From Octopus vulgaris (taxonomy: Eukaryota), in NCBI GenBank assembly GCA_951406725.2, contig OX597830.1:72106001-72170000 (forward strand): a stretch of 64,000 nucleotides of DNA. The letters are read 5' to 3'. Shown here piece by piece: positions 13,963-28,067 of this stretch. Within the stretch, counting starts at the first letter, position 1. Each line of letters opens with the position of its first letter. A program made the position numbers and the translations under genes. Under the pieces are notes generated by a model. That model was not told the DNA's origin. It was given only the letters and a program-made list of their open reading frames with translations, and did not search any database.

Positions 13963-14391
13963 AGTCTCTCTCTGTCTTTGTTTGTCTGTCTGTCTCTCTG
14001 TTTCTATCTGTCTGTCTGTCTCCCTCTCGCTGTTTATACATCTGAGTTTATTTTTCTTTGTGTGCATGAGTCAGGAAAAATGATTTTGTGGACCGTGGTC
14101 AGTTAATAAATTATGATATCCACCTCTCACTGTTTCTTTGGTGTGAATTTGTTTGCCTCCACTACCAAAGTGTACGGTCCCCAAAGCTGGTCCAATGTCC
14201 ACTCAACCCCATCATATCATTAGCGTTTAAAGAGCTACGCCTTATTGTCTCATATTGAAAGTCCGCGAAATTGTTCTGAATGCATGCCAGAATGGATTCC
14301 ATTAAATGCTTACAGTGTGGTAGATAGAGGTGTTAAAGCAGGCAACGGATTTAGTCTGTCACCTTAATGGGCCATCAGTACCACTGGTGGG

Positions 14392-14685
14392 AAGGCGTGT
14401 GACTTAACGGGTTAGGGTACACGGCTCACCATCGTAAATTTGATTCCTGGCAGCACATTGCGTTCTTGAGTAAGGCCCTTAATCTAACTGCACCCTCGTC
14501 CACTCAGCTGGCAAAAGATAGTAATACCTGTATTTCAAAGGGCTGTCAAATTCTGTGACACACTGAATTTTCCGGAGAACTGCGTTAAGGTAACCCGTGT
14601 CCGTGGTGTGCTCACCCACGTGCATGTAGCTGTTCAGTTTATCGATTCAACTGGAACAATCATCGATATAACCGACAGTGTTCCC
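14392..14685 (+). mobile_element. SINE with family C head/core and a different 3' tail
   Basis: GTTCTTGAGTAAGG...GTCCACTCAGCTGGCAAAA followed by a tail not shared with the 8227 and 9636 copies. Confidence 0.7.
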
Positions 14686-14789
14686 GGTAAGTTATTACTG
14701 ATGTTATTTCTCAGGAATATCGCACATAACAAAGAAGTGTGTTGATTCTGATAAACTCAAAATAAAAAAGAATACCCACCGAAACGTTT

Positions 14790-15190
14790 CTTATTTGTTT
14801 ACTGCCTTCAAGGGGCTACACACAGAGGGGACAAAGGGATTAGATCGATTAGATCGACCCTAGTATGTAACTGGCACATAATTTATCGACCCCGAAAGGA
14901 TGAAAAGCAAAGTCAACCTCGGCGGAATTTGAACTCAAAACATAACGGCAGACGAAATACCTATTTCTTTACTACCCACAAGGGGCTAAACACTGAGGGG
15001 ACAAACAAGGACAGACAAACGGATTAAGTCGATCACATCGACCCTAGTGCGTAACTGGTACTTATTTAATCGACCCCGAGAGGATGAAAGGCAAAGTCAA
15101 CCTCGGCGTAATTTGAACTCAGAACGTAAGGGCAGGCGAAATACTGCTAAGCATTTCGCCCGGTGTGCTAACGTTTCTGCCAGCTCGCCG
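14790..15190 (-). mobile_element. SINE family B, tandem dimer with 13-bp target-site duplication CCGAAACGTTTCT
   Basis: TSD at 14779-14791 and 15188-15200; body GTCGACTTTGCCTTTCATCCTTTCGGGGTCGAT (resembles the Meta-type SINE domain as recalled). Confidence 0.9.
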
Positions 15191-15390
15191 AAACGTTTCT
15201 ATTAAACGGAGAGAAAGATATCCACTATGTTATAATCACAGAATGGGAAAGGGTAATGTTTATAGTTTTCCCAAAGGAGATAGAGATATCATTGAAATTA
15301 CATAGTTTTGAAGAAACCAAATTGTATTCAGATCCTACTAAAAGCTCCCTTTTTATGCAAAACAGAAAACATAAAAAAATTATACACAAT

Positions 15391-15452
15391 TCTAGTGGTT
15401 AGGATACATTGCTTTAACCCAAGCGGCTCAGGTTCGATTCCCGGCATAGGAA
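15391..15452 (+). pseudogene. tRNA-Glu-derived pseudogene (5' acceptor strand lost; anticodon reads TTA)
   Basis: TCTAGTGGTTAGGAT...GCGGCTCAGGTTCGATTCCCGGCATAGGAA follows the eukaryotic tRNA-Glu sequence; anticodon stem has two mismatches. Confidence 0.75.
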
Positions 15453-15468
15453 CTTTCATTTATGTAAT

Positions 15469-15650
15469 AGGCGTAGGCGTGGCTGTGTTGAAAGAATCTT
15501 GCTTCCGAACCACATGGTTCCGGGTTCAGTTTCACTCAGGCCTTCTTGGGTAAGTGCTTTCTATTATAGTTTCGAGCCGACCAAAGCTTTGTGAGAGGAT
15601 TTGGTAGACAGAAACTGAAAGAAACCCGTCGCATATATGTATATATAAAT

Positions 15651-15684
<34 letters not shown>

Positions 15685-15903
15685 TTGTGTGTGTGTGTCT
15701 ATGTTGGTACACCCTCCGTCACTCGATAACCGATGTTGGTGTGCTTAAGTCCCTGTAACTTAGTGGTTCGGCAAAATAAACCGACAGAATCACTACTCGG
15801 CTTACAAGGAATAAGTCCTGGGATCGATTTATTCAACTAAAGGCGGTGTCTAGCCTGGTCGCAGTCAAGTGGCAAACACGTAAAAGAGTAAAAAGATAAA
15901 AGA
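15469..15903 (+). mobile_element. SINE A, diverged full copy
   Basis: Head, internal (TA)/(TG) tract and tail all align to 548-972. Confidence 0.88.
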
Positions 15904-16989
15904 ATTCATGTATTTTTAAAAATATATGTTTGAATCAAAGAGGCCACAGATTTTCAGAGATTTGGGAAAAAATTGTTATTGATGTTATCACTTATTTCAT
16001 TGTATGTAGAAGAGGTAATGTCCAAGTCGGCATTAGAAAATGGGACCTGGATGATTACAAAACGAAATTCATCTATTCATGTGCTACTTTTTTATGGAAA
16101 CTGCACTAAATACGTTTAAGAGAGTATATGGGAGAGGAAAAAATAATAAAAACGAGACAATTTATTGCATGTAAAACTATGAAATAAAAATCATTACAAA
16201 TGGTTTAGGCTATATGTAGATTTGTCGATATTTAATTAAAATGGCGCAGTAGAAATGTTACGATAGTCTTGACATAAAACCGGAATAGATATAAGTTGTA
16301 GTTCTGTCCATAAAGATTAGCGTTTACATTGGGTGTGAGATAAAAATTTCTAGTGAAATAGCGTGACTACAGTTAATATATATGTTTTAGGTATTAAATA
16401 TTATATATACAAATCTTGTGTAAATGTTTACGTTCTTTTGTCTAAAATCACCAACACCATTTATTTCTTTAACTTGTACTTTCTGCTCACCTATGCGCTT
16501 ATTCTCCATTAGTTCCTTACTCCGTCTCCTACAATCGTTTCTGCGTCAAACCCTCAAACCCTACAGGCTCTCCTCCACAACGCGTATCTCAATCCTCAGT
16601 ACCGTATATATACACACAATATATTAAAGCAGCTTCAACTTACATAATCATACATCACCATTTTATCACCCTTCCCCACACAATCAGACAAATATACACA
16701 TGTCTATTTATCTACCATTTCATTTTGACACACACATACACGCAGGCGCGCGCACGCATACACACAGACACACACACGTGGGTATGCTGGCGACCGCTTT
16801 ATACGCAAGCACCTACGCCGCACACTCACATGCATAGGCACTGACATTTTCATATAATACACATTCCATTCTTCACTTATATATTAATATAACATACACA
16901 AACACACACACACAATGATATGCCGACGTATACCCATCTACAGACACTTACATTTCATGCAAGTACTCTGAAGGAAGCTTGTTCATCAG

Positions 16990-17652
16990 ACATTGCCAGG
17001 TAAATCGGGTTTGTCCTGGAGATCGTCATCGAGAGTCCCAACAAGTCAATGAGAACCGTTGCCAACAATCTCCAGTTGTCGGAGTCGACTCTCAGACGTG
17101 TAGTGCACGAAGAAATCAGTTACAAATCCTATGATATGAGAAGAGGGCAGTTCATGTCCGATGACACCCAGGAGAAACGTGTAATCCGATCAAAGTGCGC
17201 TGAACAAACTCAATCTACTTAGGGATCCCGACATGTTCCAGTTCTCCTCAGGCGAGAACTTTGACTAGTATCAAAAAGTGAACAAGGGAATGACAGATGT
17301 TTCTAAGTCGGCCCCATTGAAGTCCCCACTGTTATGTAGATCACATTTCCAATGTCTTGGGTGTCAGGAGCAATGAGGGCTATTCCATATTTCGTCACTT
17401 TTCCCGAGAAATTTAAGGCTCAATGTGGCAATCTCTTTCGAGATGACCAGATCTTGGTCAGCCAAGATCTGGATCTAGGGAGTTTCACACGGAGGTGAGG
17501 CAGGAGATGTTTATGTTTCCACTCGAAACTTCACCCACTGACACAGGCTGCACCACCCGAAGCGGGAATGAACGGGACATTATCATGATCATGTTTGCTA
17601 AGTCTCTTCATTTAAGCCCACTGGACTACTACTCCCGAAGCGCTGTTGAGAA

Positions 17653-17686
<34 letters not shown>

Positions 17687-17945
17687 AAATAGAGAGAGAG
17701 AGAGAGAGAAGGAAATAGAGAGAGAGAGAGAGAGAAACGGAAAGAGGAAAGAGAGAAAAACAGAGAGAGACTGAGTGAGTGAGAAAGAGAGAAACAAACT
17801 GGCCAACAATAGGCATACCCAGAATTCCAAGATGTTGATGTCTACTGTTGGGTCTTTAAGATCACCATTAATAACGACCGGCTTATCCACATATTCATCG
17901 TTTTAGAAACCGTATCAATATTTTATAGGTACACTGATATTGTAG
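16990..17945 (+). mobile_element. Decayed Tc1/mariner transposase (DD37D/maT-like), split by a (GA)n tract
   Basis: PNKSMRTVANNLQLSESTLRRVVHEEISYKSYDMRRGQFMS; FSSGENFD*YQKVN; SLHLSPLDYY (SPDLNPLDY motif); RFRNRI after the repeat. Confidence 0.85.
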
Positions 17946-18087
17946 GGACACTGTATCTCTTTACGCAAACATAATATACTTCAAGTACAAAGTATATTAA
18001 ACGATTTTTATAGGGCAAAATTGTGTTCTACTGTGCTAGCAGTGCTATTACATCACTCTATAGACGCTATAGCCAGCACTGAAGTTT

Positions 18088-18166
18088 TTACAACGTTTCG
18101 TATCCGACACGCTTGATGTAAACAACCAAGAGGACGAAGAGAGATTTTGTTCCTTCATCAGCGCCT
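18088..18166 (-). ncRNA. Decayed type I HHR-like motif with long stem II
   Basis: Minus strand CTGATGA (18161-18155) ... GAAACGTT (18099-18092); stem I is poor. Confidence 0.35.
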
Positions 18167-18853
18167 ATCGCTACAAATAAGTTTGAACACATATCGAATG
18201 CGATGGTAGTTTTATAGAGTATCATTTTGCTCTCTATACGTAAGAATATGTGCACCAAACTGTATAAAAATGTATTGATTTCTGTAATAAAAATTTTTGT
18301 TTTCTTTAAAATAAAAATTTGAAGCGAGTGTATAAATGTGTGTGTGTACGTGTGTTCGTGTTTCATTTATTTACGTTATTATAACTTAGGAACGTTTGAT
18401 CGTTAGGGTGAGTTACATTTGTTGGACTGAGTAACGAAGGTACTCTAAGTCGGACTTTCAAAGTCACTATCAAAATTTTCTTTGTAAGCTAAAATATGAT
18501 ATATTATGTAAAGATAATGAAAGATACTTTTCTAAAATTTTGAATATTTTTTATACTACAAAATATAGCTAAATATTAATATACATTAATAATTAAACTC
18601 ACAAGTACACACACACACACACACACACGGCACACACACACACTCAAACACACACACATCACAACGGCACGCACATGCATATAGCATCATAAGCACATAT
18701 ATCTACCTATATATATGCATATCTACGTGTATCTATGTAGATACATATATGTGTGAGCATAAATGTGTATATTTAGTTATATTTTTATGTGTGTGTGTAT
18801 GCGTGTGCTTGTGTTTCAGTGTGTGTGCTCAACTTAGCACGTGATTATTCTGC

Positions 18854-18899
<46 letters not shown>

Positions 18900-19053
18900 C
18901 AGCAATATGTGTTCAGACGAATACATGAAGATATGATTCTTGGCAAAATATTAATTTATTGTTATCTTAGAAATATGTTGAACGTCTTTGGGAATTGGGG
19001 AGAAAAAAACAAAACAATTTAGTTCTGATGAAAGAAGATAACACCAGACATAC

Positions 19054-19126
<73 letters not shown>

Positions 19127-19375
19127 CATACATATATATATATATATCTATACATACATATACATATATATATACATATCTATACATGCATATACATTTA
19201 TATACATATAAATATATGCACATCAATATATATATACATGTACGTATATGTGTGTGTGTGTGTGTAATTTATTTACATATAGAATATATGGGTGTGTATG
19301 CATTTATAAACTTACACATAGTGGATATATGTATGTATATATGTATGTATGTATGTGTTTATGTATGTATCGTGA

Positions 19376-19430
<55 letters not shown>

Positions 19431-20080
19431 TATATATAAATGTATATTCGTATATATATGTGTGTTTGTATGTATATATATATATATATATATATGTGTA
19501 TGTGTGTATGTGTGTATATATATAGACTAATATATTACGATCAAACTATATTTATTTATTTATTTTGCAAAACGATATATCTTTATAAATATGATAAAAA
19601 TCTATTAAAACTTCTTGTGTTTACCTAATCTATTTACTTGGTTTTATTGTCCAAGAGGATATACAAATTCTATGACAAGGAATCTATTATTTCTTTTGGA
19701 TAGGTTTTAAACTGATACGACAAATATTAGCAAGAAACAAAAAAAGCACAAATCGAAACAAAAAAAAACCCTTAAAATACAAACACAGAAACCCAAAGGA
19801 AATCTCATTTCTCCGATTGGGGGATTAGTGATCTTATATGGTGCAACTATATATCTAAAATCTTAACGACAAAAATTCCTCTCTATATACATAAACAGAT
19901 TCTTCTGATTGTGTGTTTATCAAGGAGTGTGGGACAATGTGTGTTGTTTGTTTTTTAACAAAATAAAGAATATGAAAATATAAACGGAATGAAAATGTAC
20001 GCACCAAATCGCGTGACGATGGTTGATAAAGTATGAAGAAACATTTTCAGTGGTCAAGTTAGCCTACACGTGGGTAGTTT

Positions 20081-20142
<62 letters not shown>

Positions 20143-20206
20143 CAAATATATATATATATGTATATATTTATGTATATATATATAAATATATATATATGTA
20201 TATATT

Positions 20207-20253
<47 letters not shown>

Positions 20254-20254
20254 T

Positions 20255-20653
20255 TTCTTTTACTTGTTTCAGTCATTTGACTGCCGCCAAGCTGGTGCAC
20301 CGCCTGCATTCGAAAGAGATCGACTCTCATGTCTTGTTCTTTCCAAGCCTCGTACATATTCTATCGGTTCATTTTGTCGAACCGCTAGTTTACGGGGACG
20401 TAAACACACCAGCATCAGTTATCAAGCGATAGTTGTAGGAAGACAAACACAGACACACAAATACATACATACATACACACACATATTTATATGTATATAC
20501 GACGGTCTTCTTTCAGTTTCCGTCTGCCAAATTCACTCACAAGGCTCTGGTCGGCATAAAGCTATAGTAGAAAACATTGGCCGCAGGTGTCACACAGTGG
20601 GACTGAACCCGGAGCCATGTGGTTGGCAAGCAAACTTCTTCCCACACTGCCAC

Positions 20654-20657
<4 letters not shown>
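20255..20657 (-). mobile_element. SINE A
   Basis: TACTTGTTTCAGTCATTTGACTGC tail and CAGTGGGACTGAACCCGG head in reverse complement. Confidence 0.88.
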
Positions 20658-20718
<61 letters not shown>

Positions 20719-20772
20719 GACACACACACATTCTTACATACATTTATACATACATACATAAACTTATACGTA

Positions 20773-20828
<56 letters not shown>

Positions 20829-20989
20829 CATACATACATGCATATAAATATACATATGCATGTATGTGCGTGTGTGTGTGTGTGTGCGTCTGTGTGTGTG
20901 CGTCTGTGTGTGTGCGTGTGTATGTGCACTCATACACACACACATTCGTATATATGCATGTATAAATATACCTATATATGAATGCATGA

Positions 20990-22237
20990 CTGTGCAATCT
21001 GGACTGAAAAGATCGTTGGCCGTGTATGAAGGAGCGATGCTAGAACTGTGAAAACTTACAGGCATTGATTTCAACAGCATGTAAACAACTGCATTGTTTC
21101 TTTCCAGGTAAACTCTGTTCATAGTAGACTTCAAATATAACCAGTAGCGACTTTCTTTGAAAATGGGCAAAATTTAGTGTCGTTGTGTTCCTGCAGAAAA
21201 ATAAGCTTAAGACCCCGAAGGACATTTATGCTGACATAATTATCTACCTTTGGGAATGACGTTCCACCTTTCTGAACATTGCAAAAGTGAGCAGCTGTAT
21301 TTTGTAGCAGAAGGAAATATTTTGAGATGACCCGAGGTCTTGACATCATGCAAATGCCACCACTGAAGGAAAAGTTGATCATGTTGATCGATGACCACTG
21401 ATTAATTATTAATCAAATAATTAACATATCCCGTGCGAGAGTTGAGAATATTCTGCACATGAACTTCGCATAATGAAAGTTTCTCTTTGATGGGTGACAC
21501 GTCATCTGACATTTGATTAAAAGCGCTCCGATGTGATCACGTCAAGCGAAATTTTGACATTATTTCAGTTAGATCCAATTGGTTTCCTTGAACGTTTATT
21601 AACCCAAAATCAGTGTTGGATTCATCACTTTCAGCCAGAGACAGAGAGACAATACCTGCAGTGAAATCACCCCTCCTTACCTGCTCCAAAAATCCTTACG
21701 CCGTTTCGTTTGCAGGGAAAGTGATGGCTTCAGTTTATTGGGATGCAAAAGTCATTGTGTTTATTGAATACCTTCGAAAGTTTCACACAATCAATAGAGA
21801 TTATTATGTCAAATTTCTGAAGCAGTTATGAAAAGCTATCAAGACCAAACAGCCAGGAGATACGACCAAATGGGTCTTGTTTCTTCAGGAAAAATGCTCC
21901 AGCACACCAGTCCTTGGTTTCCATGTCTGCTGTGTGTGACTGTATGTTTGAACTCATTGAATACCTATACTCCCTATTCTCCTGATTTGGCTCAACCTGA
22001 CTATCATGAAAAAGCACTTGGCTGGGAAACAATGTTGCAGTGATGAAGATCTAGTGTTGATAAGTTTTTTGACTAACAGGATGAAATGTTTTTCACTAAT
22101 AGGAACAAAGCACTGTAACACCGACGGAAGAAGTTTGTGATCCGCAGAGGGATTATGTTGAAAGTTAGACCACATTTGGTCACATTCCACTAGAGATTCT
22201 TACTCAAGCCATAACATTTTCTGTTGAGCGTCGCATA
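20990..22237 (+). mobile_element. Near full-length decayed mariner (DD34D) element
   Basis: DDPRS, WVTRHLT (WVPxxL), CWIHHFQPET, AGKVMASVYWDAK, NAPAH and YSPDLAQPDY motifs with stops and frameshifts; degenerate TIR-like ends. Confidence 0.92.
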
Positions 22238-22521
22238 TTCATGCATTGAGTTCCGCGTATATCTCTTCTCTGTGAATATTGTGCATGCAAAGCACACCTT
22301 CATATACGCATTCTACAAAATATATATAAGATGCTTCACATCACCAAATCTCTGAAAATATCTGTAAAAAGAATCCTCATTCAGAAATATTGAAATAACT
22401 ATTGAATATATGAAGCATCTACTTTTAATATTTATAATGACTGGCAGACACACACACACACACACACACATGCACTCACACGCATATTCACATATGCGTC
22501 TGTTTGTATATATATGTATTA

Positions 22522-22981
22522 AGTTTGAAAACGGAGAGATCCAGCAGATACAAATTAATTCATTAATTAATTAACACCTTCACCTACAATTGCTACATTT
22601 CGCATCCAATTTAAATTACAAACATATATAAATTTATAAGCTTGCAATTCAAAATGCCTTCGGTGGATAATCATTAGAGCATAAAAAGGACAATACAAGC
22701 ATTATATTATAATCTGTTGGAATACAACAATAGGCTATAGGAGACGTTAGTCTTGGAGTATTGAGTCTATTGGAGTATTCCAACAGATCATAATGTTATC
22801 TTTGTATAGTCCTTATAAATGCCTTGACGATTTTCCACTGAAGGTATTTTGAAATGCAAGGTTACATATTTATATATGTTTTGTACTTTAAGTTGGATAC
22901 GAAATGAAACAATTGTAGGTGAAGAGGTTAATTGATTAATGAATTAATTTGTATCCATTGGATCTCTCCTCTTTTCAAACT
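22522..22981. mobile_element. Fold-back element, about 215-bp inverted arms, each containing a decayed HHR (Penelope-like terminus)
   Basis: AGTTTGAAAA.GGAGAGATCCA... and ...TGGATCTCTCC.CTTTTCAAACT; arms meet around 22735-22765. Confidence 0.88.
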
Positions 22982-23120
22982 GAATTATAATGTTTGATAT
23001 ATTATGATATTTTATAGAATATATTCATTGAAGGAATATCTCTGCAGAATAGAATATGTTAAACCAGTGTAACATGGAAACAAACACTCTTATAAGGGGT
23101 CTAAATATCCTCATAGTGAC

Positions 23121-23198
<78 letters not shown>

Positions 23199-23333
23199 CC
23201 ATATATATATATATTCGATAGGCTAAAACATATGCGAAGCGCATTGTGACCATATATGTATATATATATATGTATGGTCTGGTCGGTATACATATAAGAT
23301 ATATGTATACATATATGTATAAATATTCATATC

Positions 23334-23370
<37 letters not shown>

Positions 23371-23675
23371 ATGTATATCTAAATGTATGTATACGCATAT
23401 AAGATATATGTATATATATATGTCTACATAAGTGTATATATATGTATATATATATATGTATAAACATTCATTCATCTATATATATGAATATATATTTATA
23501 TGCATATATATATATATATATATATATATAACTCATATAAGCGACCGATAAAATTAAGTGTGTGTGTGTGTATATATATATGCACATCTCGACATATATA
23601 TGTGTGTTTATGTGTGTGCGTATAAATGTATTATATATATTTAACTATTATATATTTGATATCTATGTTGATACG

Positions 23676-23723
<48 letters not shown>

Positions 23724-24504
23724 GTATGTATGTATGTATATATGTATGTATGTATGTATGTAAACATAGCACTCACATATCCTCTTGCGTTGTGTACACG
23801 CTCAATTCCCGCCGGTCAGTCTCTACAAGCAAGGGATACGCAAAAACAATATTTCTGCCCAGTGTAATCAACTTGTCTTCTTTACTTTCCAGACTCCCTT
23901 ACGCCATCCGTCTATCTCTCTTTGCTTCACCCCCTCTCTCTCTCTCTCCCTCTCCCTTTCATTTTAACGAACTACATTAATTATTGCCTTAATTATTTTC
24001 CTTCTCTGTGTGCAGGAAGAAGCAATAATTACTTGCTTGCACCTCAAGTCAGCAGCTTACGTGATACGTCCTCATTTAGTAAAATTCAGGTTTTCCCTTC
24101 TATTCCAACGCTTCGTTCACAGTTGGAGATGTCGCGGCAGTTCGCCTTAACTTGTCTCTCATAAACATTGATTTAGGCCGGATACTCTTGCATATTATAC
24201 TGGAGGCTAATTTGAACGGCGGTTTATTTTTTTTTCTTTCGCTTTTGCTGGGGCGATACTGATGGCCTCTCTTGGGACGCTAAGTACAAAAGTAAATAAC
24301 AAAGCCAACATAAAAACAAAACAAAACAGGCAAAAACTCTCACATGTACAAAAGAGGACAGAAGAGAACAGAAAGGCAAATATTATATCATGAACTGGCA
24401 ACCGCCACCACCAAAAATGGTGAAGAGAGTATCTTGAAATAAAATAACAAGAGAGAGTGAGTGTATGACTGAATGACTGAGAGATAGAGAAAGATAGAGA
24501 GAGT

Positions 24505-24553
<49 letters not shown>

Positions 24554-24692
24554 AGAAAGAAAGAGAAGGAGAGAAGGGAAAGAAAGAGCGAATGAGAGAG
24601 ATGGTGAGTAAGGAGAGACAAGGAAACATTGCATCTAACGTTTGGCATTTAGAGAGGTGCGCGGTATGGGAATAAAAGAGTCGAGAGCGAAG

Positions 24693-24723
<31 letters not shown>

Positions 24724-24945
24724 GATAATGATAATCATGATAATGATGATGAGGAGGAGGATATTAATAACTATGTTAATAACAGTAACAACAAAAATAT
24801 GAAAATTATTGTTATAGTAATAATATTTTTAAACCATTATTAGTATTATCAACCATTATCACCAGTAATTTCCATTATTATTCTTATCATTATTTAATAT
24901 GCTTATTATATTAGTATGTATTATTGCTTTATCTACAGCAGCAAC

Positions 24946-25006
<61 letters not shown>

Positions 25007-25217
25007 ATGTTGCAGCTTTAGCATCGTTATTTCAATCCTATATATTGTTGTTGGCCATGCTACCGCTGTTCTGATGTATAAAAAAATATATGGTCCAGGG
25101 GCTTTTCCAGCCGTGACCATCCCGACATTTCCCTATGCACAGGAGATCCGTGATGACACTAATCAAGACTTTTTTGGTTGTTGCTTTCATTTTCATAAGA
25201 AAACAGTATTTTGTAAT

Positions 25218-25310
25218 GCCCTGAATATTAGCTGAATTTCTTGCACGGCTCTGAATATTAGCGGCTATTTCCTGCACGGCCCTGAATATTAGCTGCTATT
25301 TCCTGCCCGT
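25218..25310. repeat. Three tandem copies of an about 31-bp unit GCCCTGAATATTAGCTGCTATTTCCTGCACG
   Basis: Directly visible; no unique spacers. Confidence 0.9.
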
Positions 25311-25535
25311 TGATCGACTCGAGCAGATATGGGCAACATGCGATATGCAAGTCTATCTGAATTGGACGCTTAACTTAAACGAAAAATCCCCGTGAATTTT
25401 TCACTCGTGTTCATGAAGTCCTCCTCTTGAAAAAATAGTAGAAAAATACCTAAGACAAAAGCTGTCCAGTTCTCTTGTCTTATTCGCTTATCCTGTCGTT
25501 TTCTGGTGCCAATATTCATAAGATACGGGTTGTGA

Positions 25536-26100
25536 ACTGGCAGAAACGTTAGCACGCCGGGCGAAATGCGTAGCCCTATTTCGTCTGCCGTTAAGTTCTG
25601 GGTTCAAATTCCGCCGAGGTCGACTTTTCCATTCATCCTTTCGGGGTCGATTAAATAAGTACCAGTTACGCACAGGGGTCGATGTAATCGACTTAATACC
25701 TATGTCTGTCCTTGTTTGTCCTCTCTGTGTTTAGCCCCTTGTGGGTAGTAAAGAAATAGGTATCTCGTCTGAGTTCAAATTCCGCCGAGGTCGACTTTGC
25801 CTTTCATCCTTTCGGGGTCGATTAAATAAGTACCAGTTACGCACTGGAGTCGATATAATCGACTTAATCCGTTTGTCTGTCTTTGTTTGTCCTCTCTGTG
25901 TTTCGCCCCTTGTGGGTAGTAAAGAAATAGGTATTTCGTCTGCTGCTACGTTCTGAGTTCAAATTCCGCCGAGGTCGACTTTGCTTTTCATCCTTTCGGG
26001 GTCGATAAATTAAGTACCAGTTACGCACTGGGGTCGATGTAATCGACTTATCTCTTTCTCCGAAATTGCTGGCCTAGCGCCAGAATTTGAAATGAAATTG
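25536..26100 (+). mobile_element. SINE B, tandem trimer (one head, three bodies)
   Basis: GTTCAAATTCCGCCGAGGTCGAC at about 25602, 25773 and 25957; junction GTAAAGAAATAGGTAT. Confidence 0.92.
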
Positions 26101-26610
26101 ATATCCATAAGATAACAACAAACGAATAAATAAAACAAACTTTATATAACAACAAACAAACATCACTACATACAAGTGGACACATGTAAAACAAATAACA
26201 AAAAGAAAAGCAAAAAGAAAACGAAAATCCCTCAGAAAGACACACACAAATATTTATATACATTCATATTCAGCTGGACATTGCTGGTCCGATATTCTGC
26301 GCTGTCACGAATGCTGGAGGTGTTAACTTGGTTAAAAGCGCAGCTATGCAAAGTTAAATTGAATATCTTAGTGTAGGACCATAAATCTAATCTTCGAATC
26401 TGCTTGCACCGAAAACGGTGTCATGATGTCACAGCATAATATATTTTATGAGTAATAATTTTCACTTTACTAAAACGTGGATCATATTCCGCTAAGTGCT
26501 TATTGCTGTCAAAAGAGCAAAGCGGTCTATTTTTAGGGTGAGGGCTACTGCGTGAATAGAAAAGTTTCCTAGAGTTTTAAACACATTTCACACACAACCA
26601 TAAGCACACA

Positions 26611-26659
<49 letters not shown>

Positions 26660-26972
26660 AGACCCACACACAAGCACATACACACGCGTGTGTGTATATG
26701 TGTGTTTGATGTATCTAGATAACTATATATGTACAGATAGATAGATGTCTGTATGCATGTATGTTTACATGTATACATACGCATACATACAAATATATGC
26801 ATATATGCATATATGAAATTATATATATATAAATGTAAATATGAGACACATACACATATGCAGGACATACGGTAATACACTTGAACATATAAAACCATAC
26901 ACATAATTCATATATGCGTATTGTAATACTCATTATTTCATATACACATACATATCCATATCTCTCTCTCTG

Positions 26973-27079
<107 letters not shown>

Positions 27080-27095
27080 ATCTCTATCTCTCTCT

Positions 27096-27128
<33 letters not shown>

Positions 27129-27342
27129 CATATATTCCATACACACACACACACACAGATATATATATATATGTATATGCTTCCAAATACATATTTCCTC
27201 TATGTATATAAACATGTATATATATATACATATATACACATATATAATTATATATATGTAAATACAAATACACAAATATATATACACATATATACATATA
27301 ATAGATATATACTTAGATAATAGTTACATATATATGTGTGTG

Positions 27343-27374
<32 letters not shown>

Positions 27375-28033
27375 TATATGTATGTATGTGATTGTGCAAG
27401 AGAAATAAAATTTCTTATTCATAGCGATCCGTTCGTACAGAATCCCCCGATAGCTTATTGTATGCCTGTGCTTCAATTTATATCTAATGATTAATCACTG
27501 TAAACGCAATGAATACACCTCAACTGGAGGTAACGGTTAATTCGGTATGAGACATGCCATATGAAACTTGGTAAATGGATTTAAAGGAATCGCTGCGAAC
27601 ATTAACATTTTAATATAAACAGTATGCCTGACTTTACGTGTGTACGAAGGAATGTGTGTGTGTGTGTGTGCGTGCGTGTGTGTGGGGTGTGTGTGTATAT
27701 GTATCTGTACTTATGAGTGTTTGTGTGTATGTATGTATGTATGATTGTATGTATATGATCAAGCGTGCATTCGTAGATAAATACATTTTCTTCTATACAT
27801 ATGTATGTACATAGATACAGATGTATACAGATAAATGCATACATACACACACACACACACAAAAACACACACACACACAAATATATATATATATATACAC
27901 ACACATACAAACATCTGTATATACGTACATATATGCACAAGCACACACAGACACGCACACACAAAGATGCACACACACACACACATATGTACATAAGTAT
28001 ATATATATTTCATGTATATACATGTATATGTAT

Positions 28034-28067
<34 letters not shown>

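Noticed and set aside
24016-24089. Exon candidate after TGTGCAG acceptor
   Set aside because: Donor GTTTTC is poor and the peptide is unrecognisable.
25218-25310. About 31-bp repeats as a CRISPR-like array
   Set aside because: No unique spacers, eukaryotic context, no cas genes.
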